In this document: piece after piece, positions 33,155-43,076 of the stretch
Numbering within the stretch: position 1 is the first letter of the stretch
Layout: every line of letters begins with the position of its first letter
Assembly (NCBI GenBank): GCA_964557855.1
Contig: CAZLBP010000020.1
Coordinates: 1,454 to 65,453, forward strand
Direction of reading: 5' to 3'
From: an uncultured Ignavibacteriales bacterium
GTDB lineage: Bacteria; Zixibacteria; MSB-5A5; GN15; FEB-12
DNA length: 64,000 nucleotides
The notes under the pieces: generated by a model
Told to the model about the DNA's origin: nothing
The model's input: the letters and a program-made list of their open reading frames with translations, nothing else
Databases searched by the model: none
Position numbers and translations under genes: made by a program

Positions 33155-34126
33155 CTAATACCCTCGCAGTACGTCAACCCGATTCGGCAGGGTCTCACCT
33201 CTGGCGGCTCGGTTCAGAAGGTCAGCCAGGTGGTGTATACGGTGCTCCTCGGTTTCGCTCGTATGGCCGGCTAAATGGGGCGTCATGATTACATTATTCA
33301 GTTCGTGGAAGGGGTGATCGGCAGGATACGTTTGGTGTCGCTCCGATTCATCCTGCGGATAATTATACCAGACATCGAGGCCGGCTTTCAGCTTGCCTGC
33401 AGTCAGGGCTTCATATAACGCCTCTTCCTCTATGATCCTGCCTCGGGCGATATTGACGAGGACCGCGCCTCGAGGCAGCAGCGCGAGTTCCTTGCCGCCG
33501 ATGAGCCCGTCCGTCTCGGGGGTCCAGGGCAAGGCAATATGCAGCACGTCCGTTTCCGGGAGTACATCGTGCAGTCGAGACGGGTCGTGGAAAGTTACTT
33601 CGCTGTCTTCCTTATTCGAAGCATTCCTCTTTATCACCTGCACCTGCATCTGCAATGCCAGGCAAACGGCCGCAATATGTCGACCTATTCCCCCGTACCC
33701 CAGGATCAAGCAGCGTTTGCCGCTCAGGGTAATCGCATTACTCGATTCGTAGCGCGGAGTCCAGTCGCCGTGGCGCAGTTTGCGATCGATACCGACCGTG
33801 TCTTTGGCGGCGCAGAGCATCAGGTTGACGGCCATCTCGGCCGTGGGGAGAGCGTTGTGATGGATGTTGTGAACGGCGATCTGCGGGTACCCAAGCATCA
33901 GCTCGCGCGTGGCTCGGGGCAGTCCGGCCCAGGGGATCACCAGCGTCTGCAATTCGGGGCTGGCTTCGATATGCTCTTTCTCCGGAACGCCGGCAATCAG
34001 GATACGGTATGTCGGCTGTTTCGGAAGGTCGGAACCGGCGGTCAAATCGGTATTGCCGTCCAGCAAAGTCGTCAGTCTCTTCAGCCATTCCGGATCGTTG
34101 TCTTCAAGCAGATGTACGTGCAGCAT
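33155..34126 (-). CDS. D-isomer specific 2-hydroxyacid dehydrogenase
   Basis: GYGGIG, LVNIARG, AGLDVW and TPHLAG motifs. Confidence 0.92.
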   Translation of the reverse strand: MLHVHLLEDNDPEWLKRLTTLLDGNTDLTAGSDLPKQPTYRILIAGVPEKEHIEASPELQTLVIPWAGLPRATRELMLGYPQIAVHNIHHNALPTAEMAVNLMLCAAKDTVGIDRKLRHGDWTPRYESSNAITLSGKRCLILGYGGIGRHIAAVCLALQMQVQVIKRNASNKEDSEVTFHDPSRLHDVLPETDVLHIALPWTPETDGLIGGKELALLPRGAVLVNIARGRIIEEEALYEALTAGKLKAGLDVWYNYPQDESERHQTYPADHPFHELNNVIMTPHLAGHTSETEEHRIHHLADLLNRAARGETLPNRVDVLRGY

Positions 34127-34388
34127 AAGCCTTCTTCAGGTCGGTGAGTATCCGTACTCGTTTGATGCCATTTCGACATAATAGTTAAAAGTTGTGTCCG
34201 GAGTAAGCGGATTTTAGGTTTACAGGAGTCCGTAGTTAGAACCCGGGCGGGGAAATCGGCCCGCCCCTGCGCTGAACCGTGGCCGATTAACAGAGGTGCT
34301 GTCGGGCCACTCTGCCCGAAAGCCCCTGTGGCCTCAGGATAAGTCATCCGAAGGCACCGGCGCGTTCTGCGTCACGAGAGGAACGGTT

Positions 34389-35471
34389 ATGTCACTCTTT
34401 GTAAGGAGAGCATCGAAGAAACTCGGTCTGAAGCCGGGTAGTGTTGTCTTCGTCGGCAAGAAACGGGTCGAGACGACCGCCATCGACGTTATGGACTTCA
34501 CCGCTACCGAACTGACCGAGTACCGGGCGGCGAACGTCGAAGACTGTTTTGCGCTCAAAGATTCGCCGACCATGAGCTGGATAAACATCACGGGGATTCA
34601 CGATGTTGAGGTCGTTGAGAAGATCGGAAAACATTTCGACCTGCATCCCCTGATCCTGGAAGACATAGTCAATACCGGCCATCGGCCCAAAATAGAAGAT
34701 ACCGGCGATGCGATGTTTATCGTGTTTCGCATGCTGTATATGGATGATAAAACAAATGAGCTTATGTCCGAGCAAGTCAGTGTTTTGTTCGGTAAGCACT
34801 GGGTAATTACGTTCCAGGAGGCTCCGCAGGACGTGTTCAACCTGGTTCGAGAACGTATCAGAAAGACGGTGCCGCGCCTGCGGGCTATCCACGCCGACTA
34901 CCTGGGTTACGCGTTGATCGATGCGGCGGTCGACAACTACTTCGTGGTGCTCGAAAATATCAGTGAGCGCATCGAGACGCTGGAGGACGAACTGGAAGAC
35001 AACGGCGGAAGCGAAAGTCTGGAAACGATCCGAGCCCTGAAACATGAGCTGATATTCCTGCGCAAAGCCATCTGGCCCTTGCGGGAGGTCATTGCGGGAC
35101 TGGAGCGGTCCGAATCCCGGCTGATCAACAAGATGACGCGCCCGTACATCCGCGATTTGTACGAACACGTGGTTCAGGTCATCGATACGGTGGAGACCTT
35201 TCGGGACATGGTATCCGGGTTGCTGGATTTGTATCATACGAACGTCGCCAACCGCATGAACGAGATCATGAAGGTGCTGACGATTTTCGCCGCCCTGTTC
35301 ATTCCGCTCGGGTTCCTGGCCGGTGTTTTCGGTATGAATTTTGACACCAATGTCAGCGATTACAACATGCCGGAGCTCAGTTTCAGATTCGGCTACATAA
35401 TGTTCTGGGCATTGGCTGTTGCCTTGGCAGGCGGCTTGCTTTTCTACTTCAAGAAGAAGAAGTGGCTGTAA
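34389..35471 (+). CDS. corA: Magnesium/cobalt transporter CorA
   Basis: LHPLILEDI, MNEIMKVLT and GMNF signature; two C-terminal TM helices. Confidence 0.95.
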   Translation: MSLFVRRASKKLGLKPGSVVFVGKKRVETTAIDVMDFTATELTEYRAANVEDCFALKDSPTMSWINITGIHDVEVVEKIGKHFDLHPLILEDIVNTGHRPKIEDTGDAMFIVFRMLYMDDKTNELMSEQVSVLFGKHWVITFQEAPQDVFNLVRERIRKTVPRLRAIHADYLGYALIDAAVDNYFVVLENISERIETLEDELEDNGGSESLETIRALKHELIFLRKAIWPLREVIAGLERSESRLINKMTRPYIRDLYEHVVQVIDTVETFRDMVSGLLDLYHTNVANRMNEIMKVLTIFAALFIPLGFLAGVFGMNFDTNVSDYNMPELSFRFGYIMFWALAVALAGGLLFYFKKKKWL

Positions 35472-35478
35472 GGCAAGA

Positions 35479-36573
35479 TTAGTACCAGTGCCGGGGTACG
35501 TCTACAAAAAAGACCAACGTCGGCTCTATCGGATAACGGTCAAAGACCGTTACCAGCCGCTTTCCCTGACGAAACCAGCCCAGCCCTTCGAAGTTGATGT
35601 TCCTCTCGGGTTCTTCCTCAAGCATCTTTCGCAACGAAAGAATGTGGTCCTGCTGGGCCTCCGTACAACGCTGCAGGTCGTTGTCCGAGAGGGCCTGCAG
35701 CGAGGCCACGGCTGTCTGCTGGACGTTGATCGACTCTCCGAACGGCCGACCGTCCATTGTGAAGCGCAACGCCTCGGTCGGGCCGTAAGTCGGTGATGAA
35801 TTAACCGGTGAGTTGGCGGGCGCAATAAGTACAATGAACCCTTCGATGAGACTGTCGGCCTCATGCCACGCGTGCCACACGAGGTCACTGGCCCGATACC
35901 GCATGGCATCCGGCGGCTTTCCCTCCGGTTCCGGGACTTGAAGCGTGATAACGGTATCCGGGTCATGCACCCAGTCGACCGACGAATCGGCCGGTATCGT
36001 ATGCACCAGGATGATCGGTTTCAGGGGAGTGCGACCGACCAGAGGCGCCAGTTGCGGCGGGGTCAAATAGAGATCAGGATAGCCTCCTTCCCACAGGATG
36101 GCCGTTCGCGATGCGCCGTTTGCTGCCGGCACGACGGCCAGCCCTTCCAGACCCTTGTTGCCGAATTCGTTTAAGGTCGGCGGATACCTGGCGATCAGGC
36201 CGTAAGAAGCGGCAGAGGATGTCGGCGGTCCGGCCAGCGATGTCAGATCTTCGGAAAGCACGACGACCCGTCCGTCCGCAAGTATATCAATCGACTCGAG
36301 GTCAACGACCGTTTCGGCGCCGTCGAGGATGACTTCGACCATTTCTTGCGGATCCGGCGCCAGCACGTTGGCGGCAGTGTCCGTCACGAATAATTTGAAA
36401 TACCGGCCGGGATTGTCGTCGCCGACCAACAGCAGCGTATCGCCCATCGCACTGATCCCCGAGGCCTCCTGGAGCGGCAGCGTGTATGTGCTTTCCGTGT
36501 TGCCGGGCTGGAAACAGGACAAGGTCGTAGCCAGCCCGAAACACAAACAGACAATGAGAGTGCGGGAGTTCAT
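35479..36573 (-). CDS. Putative lipoprotein with beta-propeller-like motifs
   Basis: Lipobox-like TLS-C; EASGI, DLESI, GLEGLA and NFEGL repeats. Confidence 0.7.
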   Translation of the reverse strand: MNSRTLIVCLCFGLATTLSCFQPGNTESTYTLPLQEASGISAMGDTLLLVGDDNPGRYFKLFVTDTAANVLAPDPQEMVEVILDGAETVVDLESIDILADGRVVVLSEDLTSLAGPPTSSAASYGLIARYPPTLNEFGNKGLEGLAVVPAANGASRTAILWEGGYPDLYLTPPQLAPLVGRTPLKPIILVHTIPADSSVDWVHDPDTVITLQVPEPEGKPPDAMRYRASDLVWHAWHEADSLIEGFIVLIAPANSPVNSSPTYGPTEALRFTMDGRPFGESINVQQTAVASLQALSDNDLQRCTEAQQDHILSLRKMLEEEPERNINFEGLGWFRQGKRLVTVFDRYPIEPTLVFFVDVPRHWY

Positions 36574-36807
36574 TATCTCTTTAGGTCCTCACTTTTCATG
36601 CTATAACAGTCTGGAACTAAATGTTGTGTATCCAAGCGCCAATGACAAGAGAATCCTTCATATTTCAGACACGACCAGTGTCAGTACCAGCGCCAGGGGA
36701 TTATAGGGCTTTTGAGCAAGACCTCAAGAGGATGACGAACGGGAACATATTCTTCCAACTACTTGTCGTTACAATCAAAGTCGGAACAAATGAAATTGGA
36801 GAGATAA

Positions 36808-37506
36808 ATGATTGAAGTTCGGAAATCCGAAGATCGCGGGCATGCCGACCACGGCTGGCTCAATACCTATCATACCTTTTCGTTCAACACGTACTATGAT
36901 CGGAAGCACATGGGTTTTCGTTCGTTGCGTGTGATAAACGAGGATCGCGTACAGCCGGGCAAAGGGTTTGGGACGCACCCGCATCAGGACATGGAAATCA
37001 TCTCATATGTTCTTGAAGGTGCTTTGGAGCATGAAGACAGCATGGGCAACGGGTCCGTCATCCGTCCCGGCGACGTGCAGCGGATGAGCGCCGGTACCGG
37101 AGTGCTTCACAGTGAACAGAACGCCTCACAGACGGAACCCGTCCACTTTCTGCAGATCTGGATTATTCCCGATCGAAAGAGCGTTCAGCCGAGCTACGAA
37201 CAAAAGATGTTCTCGCGAGAGAACAAGCTAAACCGTTTGCGGTTGATCGCGTCAGTCGACGGTCGCGAGGATTCGGTGACGATTCATCAGGACGCTTCAG
37301 TGTACGCCGCCGTCCTGGAGGCGGACCGGTCGGTGACTTTTCCCATTGCCGACCAGCGTCACCTGTGGATTCAGGTTCTCCGTGGTCAGGTAAGTGTAAA
37401 CGGACAGCCTCTTTCAGCGGGGGATGGTGCCGCCGCAAATGATGAGGCGGAAGTCAGCATAAAGGGCGTTGGCGAAGCTGAAATTCTGGTGTTTGATTTG
37501 TCCTAG
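36808..37506 (+). CDS. Pirin family protein (YhhW-like)
   Basis: LRVINED, GFGTHPHQDMEIISY, MSAGTGVLHSE and FLQIWI motifs. Confidence 0.95.
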   Translation: MIEVRKSEDRGHADHGWLNTYHTFSFNTYYDRKHMGFRSLRVINEDRVQPGKGFGTHPHQDMEIISYVLEGALEHEDSMGNGSVIRPGDVQRMSAGTGVLHSEQNASQTEPVHFLQIWIIPDRKSVQPSYEQKMFSRENKLNRLRLIASVDGREDSVTIHQDASVYAAVLEADRSVTFPIADQRHLWIQVLRGQVSVNGQPLSAGDGAAANDEAEVSIKGVGEAEILVFDLS

Positions 37507-38180
37507 TGACGTTCGTCAGGGTTCACCTGCGAAAACAGATAGAACATCTCGGTACAGATCTGGCGACAGCGTTCATCATACGCTGCTTCTTCTCTGTCCG
37601 TCCCGTCGAACTCCTGAGGATCCTCGTACGTGATGGAGATGCGTTCTTCCGCGCCGAACACCATCGGGCAGGCCGCATCGGCCCGGGAGCAGGTCATCAC
37701 CGCACAATAGCCCGTGTTCGGGTTGGGTTCTTGACTGTAGACTTTGGAGAAGGCTTCCATAACAGGCCCCTGAACATGCCACCGGACGTGGTAAACCGAA
37801 TTAATATCCCCCGACGTTTTCTCAACGATGAAACCTGCTCGTTCGAGAGCAGCAACAGCCCGGGGATTGAAGGCGGTCGCCTCAGTGCCGCCCGAAAACG
37901 TCCTTACACCGGGGATACCATAGTACTCCGCCGCCGTCTGAGCCCAAATCTGGGACAGGTGACTGCGACGGGAGTTATGTGTGCAGATGAAGGTGAGTTG
38001 TGACTCCCGACCGTCGGCCGCCCGCGCCTGCACGTACGCGGCCGCTTTATGCAAGTGTTCCTTGCGCTCGCCGGGGATATTCTCGAACGCCTTCACACTC
38101 TCGTCGATATATGTTTGTAATTCCGGACTTACCACTTTCTGTCCCTCATTTCCCATGATCGTTACGATTGATGACGGCAT
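37503..38180 (-). CDS. Low-molecular-weight protein-tyrosine phosphatase / ArsC-like protein
   Basis: FICTHNSRRS P-loop (CX5R), SGGTEAT, MTCS...CP and DP motifs; start may be 38156. Confidence 0.85.
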   Translation of the reverse strand: MPSSIVTIMGNEGQKVVSPELQTYIDESVKAFENIPGERKEHLHKAAAYVQARAADGRESQLTFICTHNSRRSHLSQIWAQTAAEYYGIPGVRTFSGGTEATAFNPRAVAALERAGFIVEKTSGDINSVYHVRWHVQGPVMEAFSKVYSQEPNPNTGYCAVMTCSRADAACPMVFGAEERISITYEDPQEFDGTDREEAAYDERCRQICTEMFYLFSQVNPDERH

Positions 38181-38485
38181 TATCAGAAACGAAGTTCACG
38201 TGGTGGTGGTTCACGAAGTTGCTTTTCCCGTACTGATATCTACTTAGCATAATGGTACCCAGATTACACGTTATCGGTAGCCGTGTCAATGTCAATAAAA
38301 CAATTTCGACCCGTTTAGTTCTCGACTGATGCGTGATGGTATGTTGGCAAACGTGACGAAATCGGCCGGCGTGATTGCTGCCCGACCGCGAAGTGAACAT
38401 CCGCTATACAGACTTGTTACACACATAATGCTAACCATAGTCCATTAAAGAACGAAACAGACACCAGAAAAGAAGGATACGCCAT

Positions 38486-39220
38486 ATGCAGTCAATCAAG
38501 GATAAAGTCGTTGTTATCACCGGAGCTTCGCGAGGAATCGGGGCGGCGATCGCGCAACAGATGGCGCGGGAGAAGGCGAAGTTGCTGCTGTGCGGGAGGA
38601 GTAAGCAGGCGCTCTCGGAAGTCCAGTCTCGGCTGAACCTGCCGTCAGACCATTGCGCCATCGTGACGTCCGATCTTAGCCAACTGCAAGGAGTCAAGAA
38701 GATTGTCGATACGGCCTTTGATACCTTCGGTCGAGTGGATATCTTCATCAACAACGCGGGCGTGGGAGTTCGGAAAGAGACGGTCCTGACCGAGGACGAG
38801 GAATACGACGCCACCTTCAATACGAACGTCAGGGCAATCTTCTGGTCGTTCAAAGAACTGATTCCACGTCTCAAAGATCAGGGCGGCGGGCATATCATCA
38901 ACATTTCATCCATAGCAGGCAAGAAGGGCAGTCCGAATCTCGGTGTCTATTGTGCCTCGAAGGCGGCGGTCAACATACTCAGTCAAGGGGTGGCGCAGGA
39001 AGTTCGCAATGACAAGATTAAAATCTCCGTGGTGGCCCCGGGGTCCACGGGAACGGGCTTCCTGACTCATATGTCCGAAGACAGACATCCCTCCTCCGGG
39101 AGCAAGAAACGCTTGACGGTTGAACAGGTGGCGGAAGCGGTTCTGCATCAGGCGGCACAGGACGAAAACGCCTGGACTTCATATCTCGAAATACGGCCAC
39201 TGGTTGTCAAACCTGAGTGA
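38486..39220 (+). CDS. SDR family oxidoreductase
   Basis: TGASRGIG, NNAG and YCASK motifs. Confidence 0.93.
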   Translation: MQSIKDKVVVITGASRGIGAAIAQQMAREKAKLLLCGRSKQALSEVQSRLNLPSDHCAIVTSDLSQLQGVKKIVDTAFDTFGRVDIFINNAGVGVRKETVLTEDEEYDATFNTNVRAIFWSFKELIPRLKDQGGGHIINISSIAGKKGSPNLGVYCASKAAVNILSQGVAQEVRNDKIKISVVAPGSTGTGFLTHMSEDRHPSSGSKKRLTVEQVAEAVLHQAAQDENAWTSYLEIRPLVVKPE

Positions 39221-39253
39221 CTGTTCCAAATGTGTTAAGGTCCGTTTTTGGTG

Positions 39254-39282
39254 TTGACACGTACCGATGAACTGCGTATATT
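39254..39282 (+). promoter_or_regulatory. Near-consensus sigma70 promoter
   Basis: TTGACA-N17-TATATT. Confidence 0.7.
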
Positions 39283-39396
39283 AATGTGTTAGGTGAAAGC
39301 TCGGTACAAAACGTTACAACTTAACGGATACCTCTGACGACACCCTTGCTATAGTAACAGAATTATCAAAACGCACTGCAATAGCCGGTTGATTAA

Positions 39397-41799
39397 ATGG
39401 ATGTATTCATGCGTACGTTCCTCACCGCCTTCCTCGTAATCTGTTTGGGGGTTTTTGGTTTTTCAGCGCAGGTCACGGCCCAGTCAAGCTGCGACAGCTT
39501 GCTGATTTCCGAGACCGATACGGCTTTGGTTCTGCCGTTTTCGGGCGGACCGGGCGACACCGTCTGGGCGCCGGTCTATCTCAAGACCGATTCGGCCATG
39601 CTCGGCTTTATCATGCTGATTCGCTACGATACGACCCTGCTGACGCCGCTTCCGGATCCCGCTGATCCTTTCCACATCCAGTCAGAAACTGTGGGAAGAT
39701 TCTCGGAGGCAGAGAATTTCCTCGTAAGCCATACGGCCTGGAGCCTCGATTCCGCTTCTATTGTAGCCTCATTTGGCCAGCCACTGGATGGTGACAACGT
39801 GATTGATCCCGGGGCGGGCGTCATCTTCCGAATTCCCTTTGTTGTCAATTGGTGGGGTTCCTTGGGAGACAGCTCGACATTCTGGTTTCATCAGGCGGAT
39901 ATCATCATTTTCGATACAACCATCACGGGTCCGGATACGCTCATCGACTCGAATTACGTCGCCTGTCGCAAGACACACCTGGCCCTAACCTATAATGACA
40001 CAGGCGATGTGGTCGATGTATGGCCGACTACTCCATCGAGCACATTTCATGTTGATACATCAGGCGGCAATCCGACGATCTACGCCTTCATGGCCCAGCC
40101 CACGTCAATCATTCAAGGGGACAGTACATGGCTATTCTGGGTTACTTCAGGCATCGACAGTGTCACTATTGACCATGGCGTCGGAGCTTTCGAGACCCCT
40201 TCCGGCTCAGTGCCGGTATCACCTGACACAACGACGAACTACACGCTGACCGCGTACGGACAGGATACGTCGATGCAGGCGAGTGTAACCGTAAACGTGA
40301 CATTACCCGGTGAGAACCAATACCCGGTGCTCGACCCGATTTCCGATAACACGTCACCATACGATCAACCCCTGAGCTTTCAAGTGACAGCTTCCGATCC
40401 GGATGGCGACATACCGAGCCTGTCAACCTCGCCGCTTCCCGGCACAGCCACGTTCACGGATTATGGCGACGGCGCCGGGTTCTTCTACTGGTCGCGCGAT
40501 GAGAGCGACATCGGCGTTCATGTTGTGACTTTTTACGCCACGGACGGCATTGATTCGACTTTAGTTGACTCTATACAGGCAACGTTCACGGTCCTGGACG
40601 GCAATTTCCCGCCGGAGGCTACACTCGAATATCTGACGCCGGATTCCGTATTTGAAGGAGACACCGTGCAAGTGTTGATTCACGCCACGGACGAGGATTC
40701 CGGTCCGCCTTCCCTGGAAGCGAGACTGCGCTTTGACGATACGCTGGCAACCAATATGGTCTTCATCGATTCCGGCAACGGCGCCGGCCTTCTGACATTC
40801 ACCCCCGATGGATTTCAGGGCAACGGTAATCCCACGTATTACCGGGTTTCGTATACGATTCGTGATGCCGATGACCCGACACTAACTGTAAGCACTCACG
40901 CAAACATATGGGTGTTCAACGAAAACCTGGGAGTCTCGGTCCCGGAACTCAGCTTTTCGTTCGGCACCGGGCCCTTTACGACTGCGGAGAACGACAGCCT
41001 CGTGTTCGTAGTTACGGCCTCAACGTCCGACGGCGACCTGCCCGATATTTCAACTGGCCCGCTTCCAAACAATGCCTGGATGAGTTACCCTTTGGGACCA
41101 CAGCATCCCGAACAACGAAAGTTTCGTTTCTATCCGAACTACGAGCAGGCGGGAGAGTACGCGGTGACGTTTTACGCAACCAATGTGTCACTCGTAGATT
41201 CCGCGACCGTTTCCATAACAGTGAATGAAACGAATCAACTGCCGGTCATATTCTTCCATCCCCTCCAGCAGGACACACTGAGCGAGGAAGATACGCTGAA
41301 CTTCGCGGTATCGGCGGCCGATCCGGACTCTACCATACCGCTTCTGTCGTCCGTGCTCGATGGTCAGGACACGTTGGCGACGAATATGTCTTTTGCGGAT
41401 TCCGGGAACGGGGTCGGTGTGTTAACTTTCATTCCCAACCGGGTACAGGGCAGTTCGCCGCCCTCGCCGAGGTTCTACTACCTGCGCTTCATTGCGCACG
41501 ATGCCGTTTATACCGAAGAATTCAAGATCAGTGCCACCAAGACGATCCGGGTCTACGACAACGGCTTGCCCTGCTGTATCGGAGACCGGGGCGATGTTGA
41601 CTACGGCGACAACGGCGCCGGCTTGCCCAACATAGCTGATCTGGCACGATTGGTGGATTACCTGTACCGCTCCCACATTCCGTTGCCCTGCGTCGATGAA
41701 GCCAACATCGACGGCGCCGATCTGCTGGACCTGGCGGACGTAACGGTGCTGGTCGCGTACCTGTTCGAGCACGGTTCAGCCATGCCGCCCTGCCAGTAG
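39397..41799 (+). CDS. Secreted protein with N-terminal cohesin-like domain, Ig/cadherin-like repeats and C-terminal dockerin-like domain
   Basis: Signal peptide; GDTVWAPVYL...GFIMLIRYDTTLL...GAGVIFRIPFVV; repeats N..P.......A.D.D and DTLATNM.F.DSGNG.G.LTF.P (twice); CCIGDRGDVD...ADLARLVDYLY...ANIDG...ADVTVLVAYLF...PPC. Confidence 0.8.
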   Translation: MDVFMRTFLTAFLVICLGVFGFSAQVTAQSSCDSLLISETDTALVLPFSGGPGDTVWAPVYLKTDSAMLGFIMLIRYDTTLLTPLPDPADPFHIQSETVGRFSEAENFLVSHTAWSLDSASIVASFGQPLDGDNVIDPGAGVIFRIPFVVNWWGSLGDSSTFWFHQADIIIFDTTITGPDTLIDSNYVACRKTHLALTYNDTGDVVDVWPTTPSSTFHVDTSGGNPTIYAFMAQPTSIIQGDSTWLFWVTSGIDSVTIDHGVGAFETPSGSVPVSPDTTTNYTLTAYGQDTSMQASVTVNVTLPGENQYPVLDPISDNTSPYDQPLSFQVTASDPDGDIPSLSTSPLPGTATFTDYGDGAGFFYWSRDESDIGVHVVTFYATDGIDSTLVDSIQATFTVLDGNFPPEATLEYLTPDSVFEGDTVQVLIHATDEDSGPPSLEARLRFDDTLATNMVFIDSGNGAGLLTFTPDGFQGNGNPTYYRVSYTIRDADDPTLTVSTHANIWVFNENLGVSVPELSFSFGTGPFTTAENDSLVFVVTASTSDGDLPDISTGPLPNNAWMSYPLGPQHPEQRKFRFYPNYEQAGEYAVTFYATNVSLVDSATVSITVNETNQLPVIFFHPLQQDTLSEEDTLNFAVSAADPDSTIPLLSSVLDGQDTLATNMSFADSGNGVGVLTFIPNRVQGSSPPSPRFYYLRFIAHDAVYTEEFKISATKTIRVYDNGLPCCIGDRGDVDYGDNGAGLPNIADLARLVDYLYRSHIPLPCVDEANIDGADLLDLADVTVLVAYLFEHGSAMPPCQ

Positions 41800-41977
41800 A
41801 AACGAATTAGAACAAGGCTCGTGCCCGGGCGCCGTTCAGGGACGAGCTTTCCTGCTGAAAGCTCGGGTTTTGCATGACTCGGGCTAACACCCCGGTTCGG
41901 ATTCTGTTCACAATCCTTGCACCCGGACCGATAATATCTATATTGTGTATAACTGCTACATGCTGTTGGTACCGACC

Positions 41978-43006
41978 ATGAAAAACTTGAGAGTCCTTTT
42001 ACTCACAGTCCTGCTTATCGCCGCTTCCCTTGTTTCCCGGGTTTCGGGCCAGGGGTCTATCTACGGGACGGTGCAGAACTCGGGTGGCTCGGTGCCGGAT
42101 TCGACAGACATAGTTTTCTTCAGCTTTCTACATGATACTGATAATGAAATCAGGCTCAGTACCAGTACCGGAGCAGGATATGATGCCGGCAACTGGTTTG
42201 ACGACTTCCAGAATTTTCTCGATGAAGCGCCCGGTGTGCCCTACAAGTATTACTTCTTCAATAACGTCAAGGGTGAGTCATTTCTTCTCGACAAGCTCAT
42301 CCCCAACAATTCGTTTCAACGGGAAGATATCGTTCTCGGGCCAGGCCCCTGGCCGCAGCCGCCGGTTTGGTTTCAGGCTGTGCCTGTCATTGAGTCGGGC
42401 GTGAGCGTCAGATGGGATGCGTCCGGCGGTGAATCGGCTCATGTGTACCGGCGTGTGGGGACATCGGACGGGTCGTTCTTTCGGATCGACGATACGACGG
42501 GCGATTTGTCGAATCCCGGTGTGTTTGGAATCGAGTTTGTAGACACTTCAGTGGATACCGGTCTCTCTTATGAATACCTGGTAATCCTGGAAGACAGCCT
42601 GGGTGCTTTGTCGCCCCCGTCCGCTATTGTTGCTGTCGATGCGGCCTGTCTCGATCCGTCGGCAGCCGACAGCGACACTGATCAAGTGGCTGACCTGTGC
42701 GACAACTGCCCGGATACGCCTAACTCGGACCAGTTTGACTCCGATGGCGACGGGATCGGGAACGCCTGTTGCTGCTTCAGTCGAGGCAATGCCAACGGCC
42801 TGGACGGTCCGGCGGGTCCGGTGGACGTGGCCGACGTGACCTACCTCGTAGCGAAGCTCTGGCAAGGGGGACCCGATCCGCCTTGTCTCGAGGAAGGCAA
42901 TGTCAACGGGCTGGACGGCCCGGGCGGGCCGATCGATGTGGCTGATCTGACGTATCTCATCGCCAAGCTCTGGCAGGGCGGTCCGGAGCCGCCGCCCTGT
43001 CCGTAA
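41978..43006 (+). CDS. Secreted protein with unknown N-terminal domain, FN3-like segment, TSP3 repeat and dockerin-like domain
   Basis: Signal peptide MKNLRVLLLTVLLIAA; DNCPDTPNSDQFDSDGDGIGNAC; duplicated GN.NGLDGP.GP.DVAD.TYL.AKLWQGGP.PPC. Confidence 0.85.
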   Translation: MKNLRVLLLTVLLIAASLVSRVSGQGSIYGTVQNSGGSVPDSTDIVFFSFLHDTDNEIRLSTSTGAGYDAGNWFDDFQNFLDEAPGVPYKYYFFNNVKGESFLLDKLIPNNSFQREDIVLGPGPWPQPPVWFQAVPVIESGVSVRWDASGGESAHVYRRVGTSDGSFFRIDDTTGDLSNPGVFGIEFVDTSVDTGLSYEYLVILEDSLGALSPPSAIVAVDAACLDPSAADSDTDQVADLCDNCPDTPNSDQFDSDGDGIGNACCCFSRGNANGLDGPAGPVDVADVTYLVAKLWQGGPDPPCLEEGNVNGLDGPGGPIDVADLTYLIAKLWQGGPEPPPCP

Positions 43007-43076
43007 AGCGATTCGACCCTTCCGGATGTACCGACCTCCCACCGAACCAAGTCATCGGAGAATTGTTGTACATGAT

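Noticed and set aside
24454..41813. Shared 13-mer AACGAATTAGAAC at 24454 and 41801, both before hairpins
   Set aside because: 13-mer matches are expected by chance in 64 kb, and the flanks do not align
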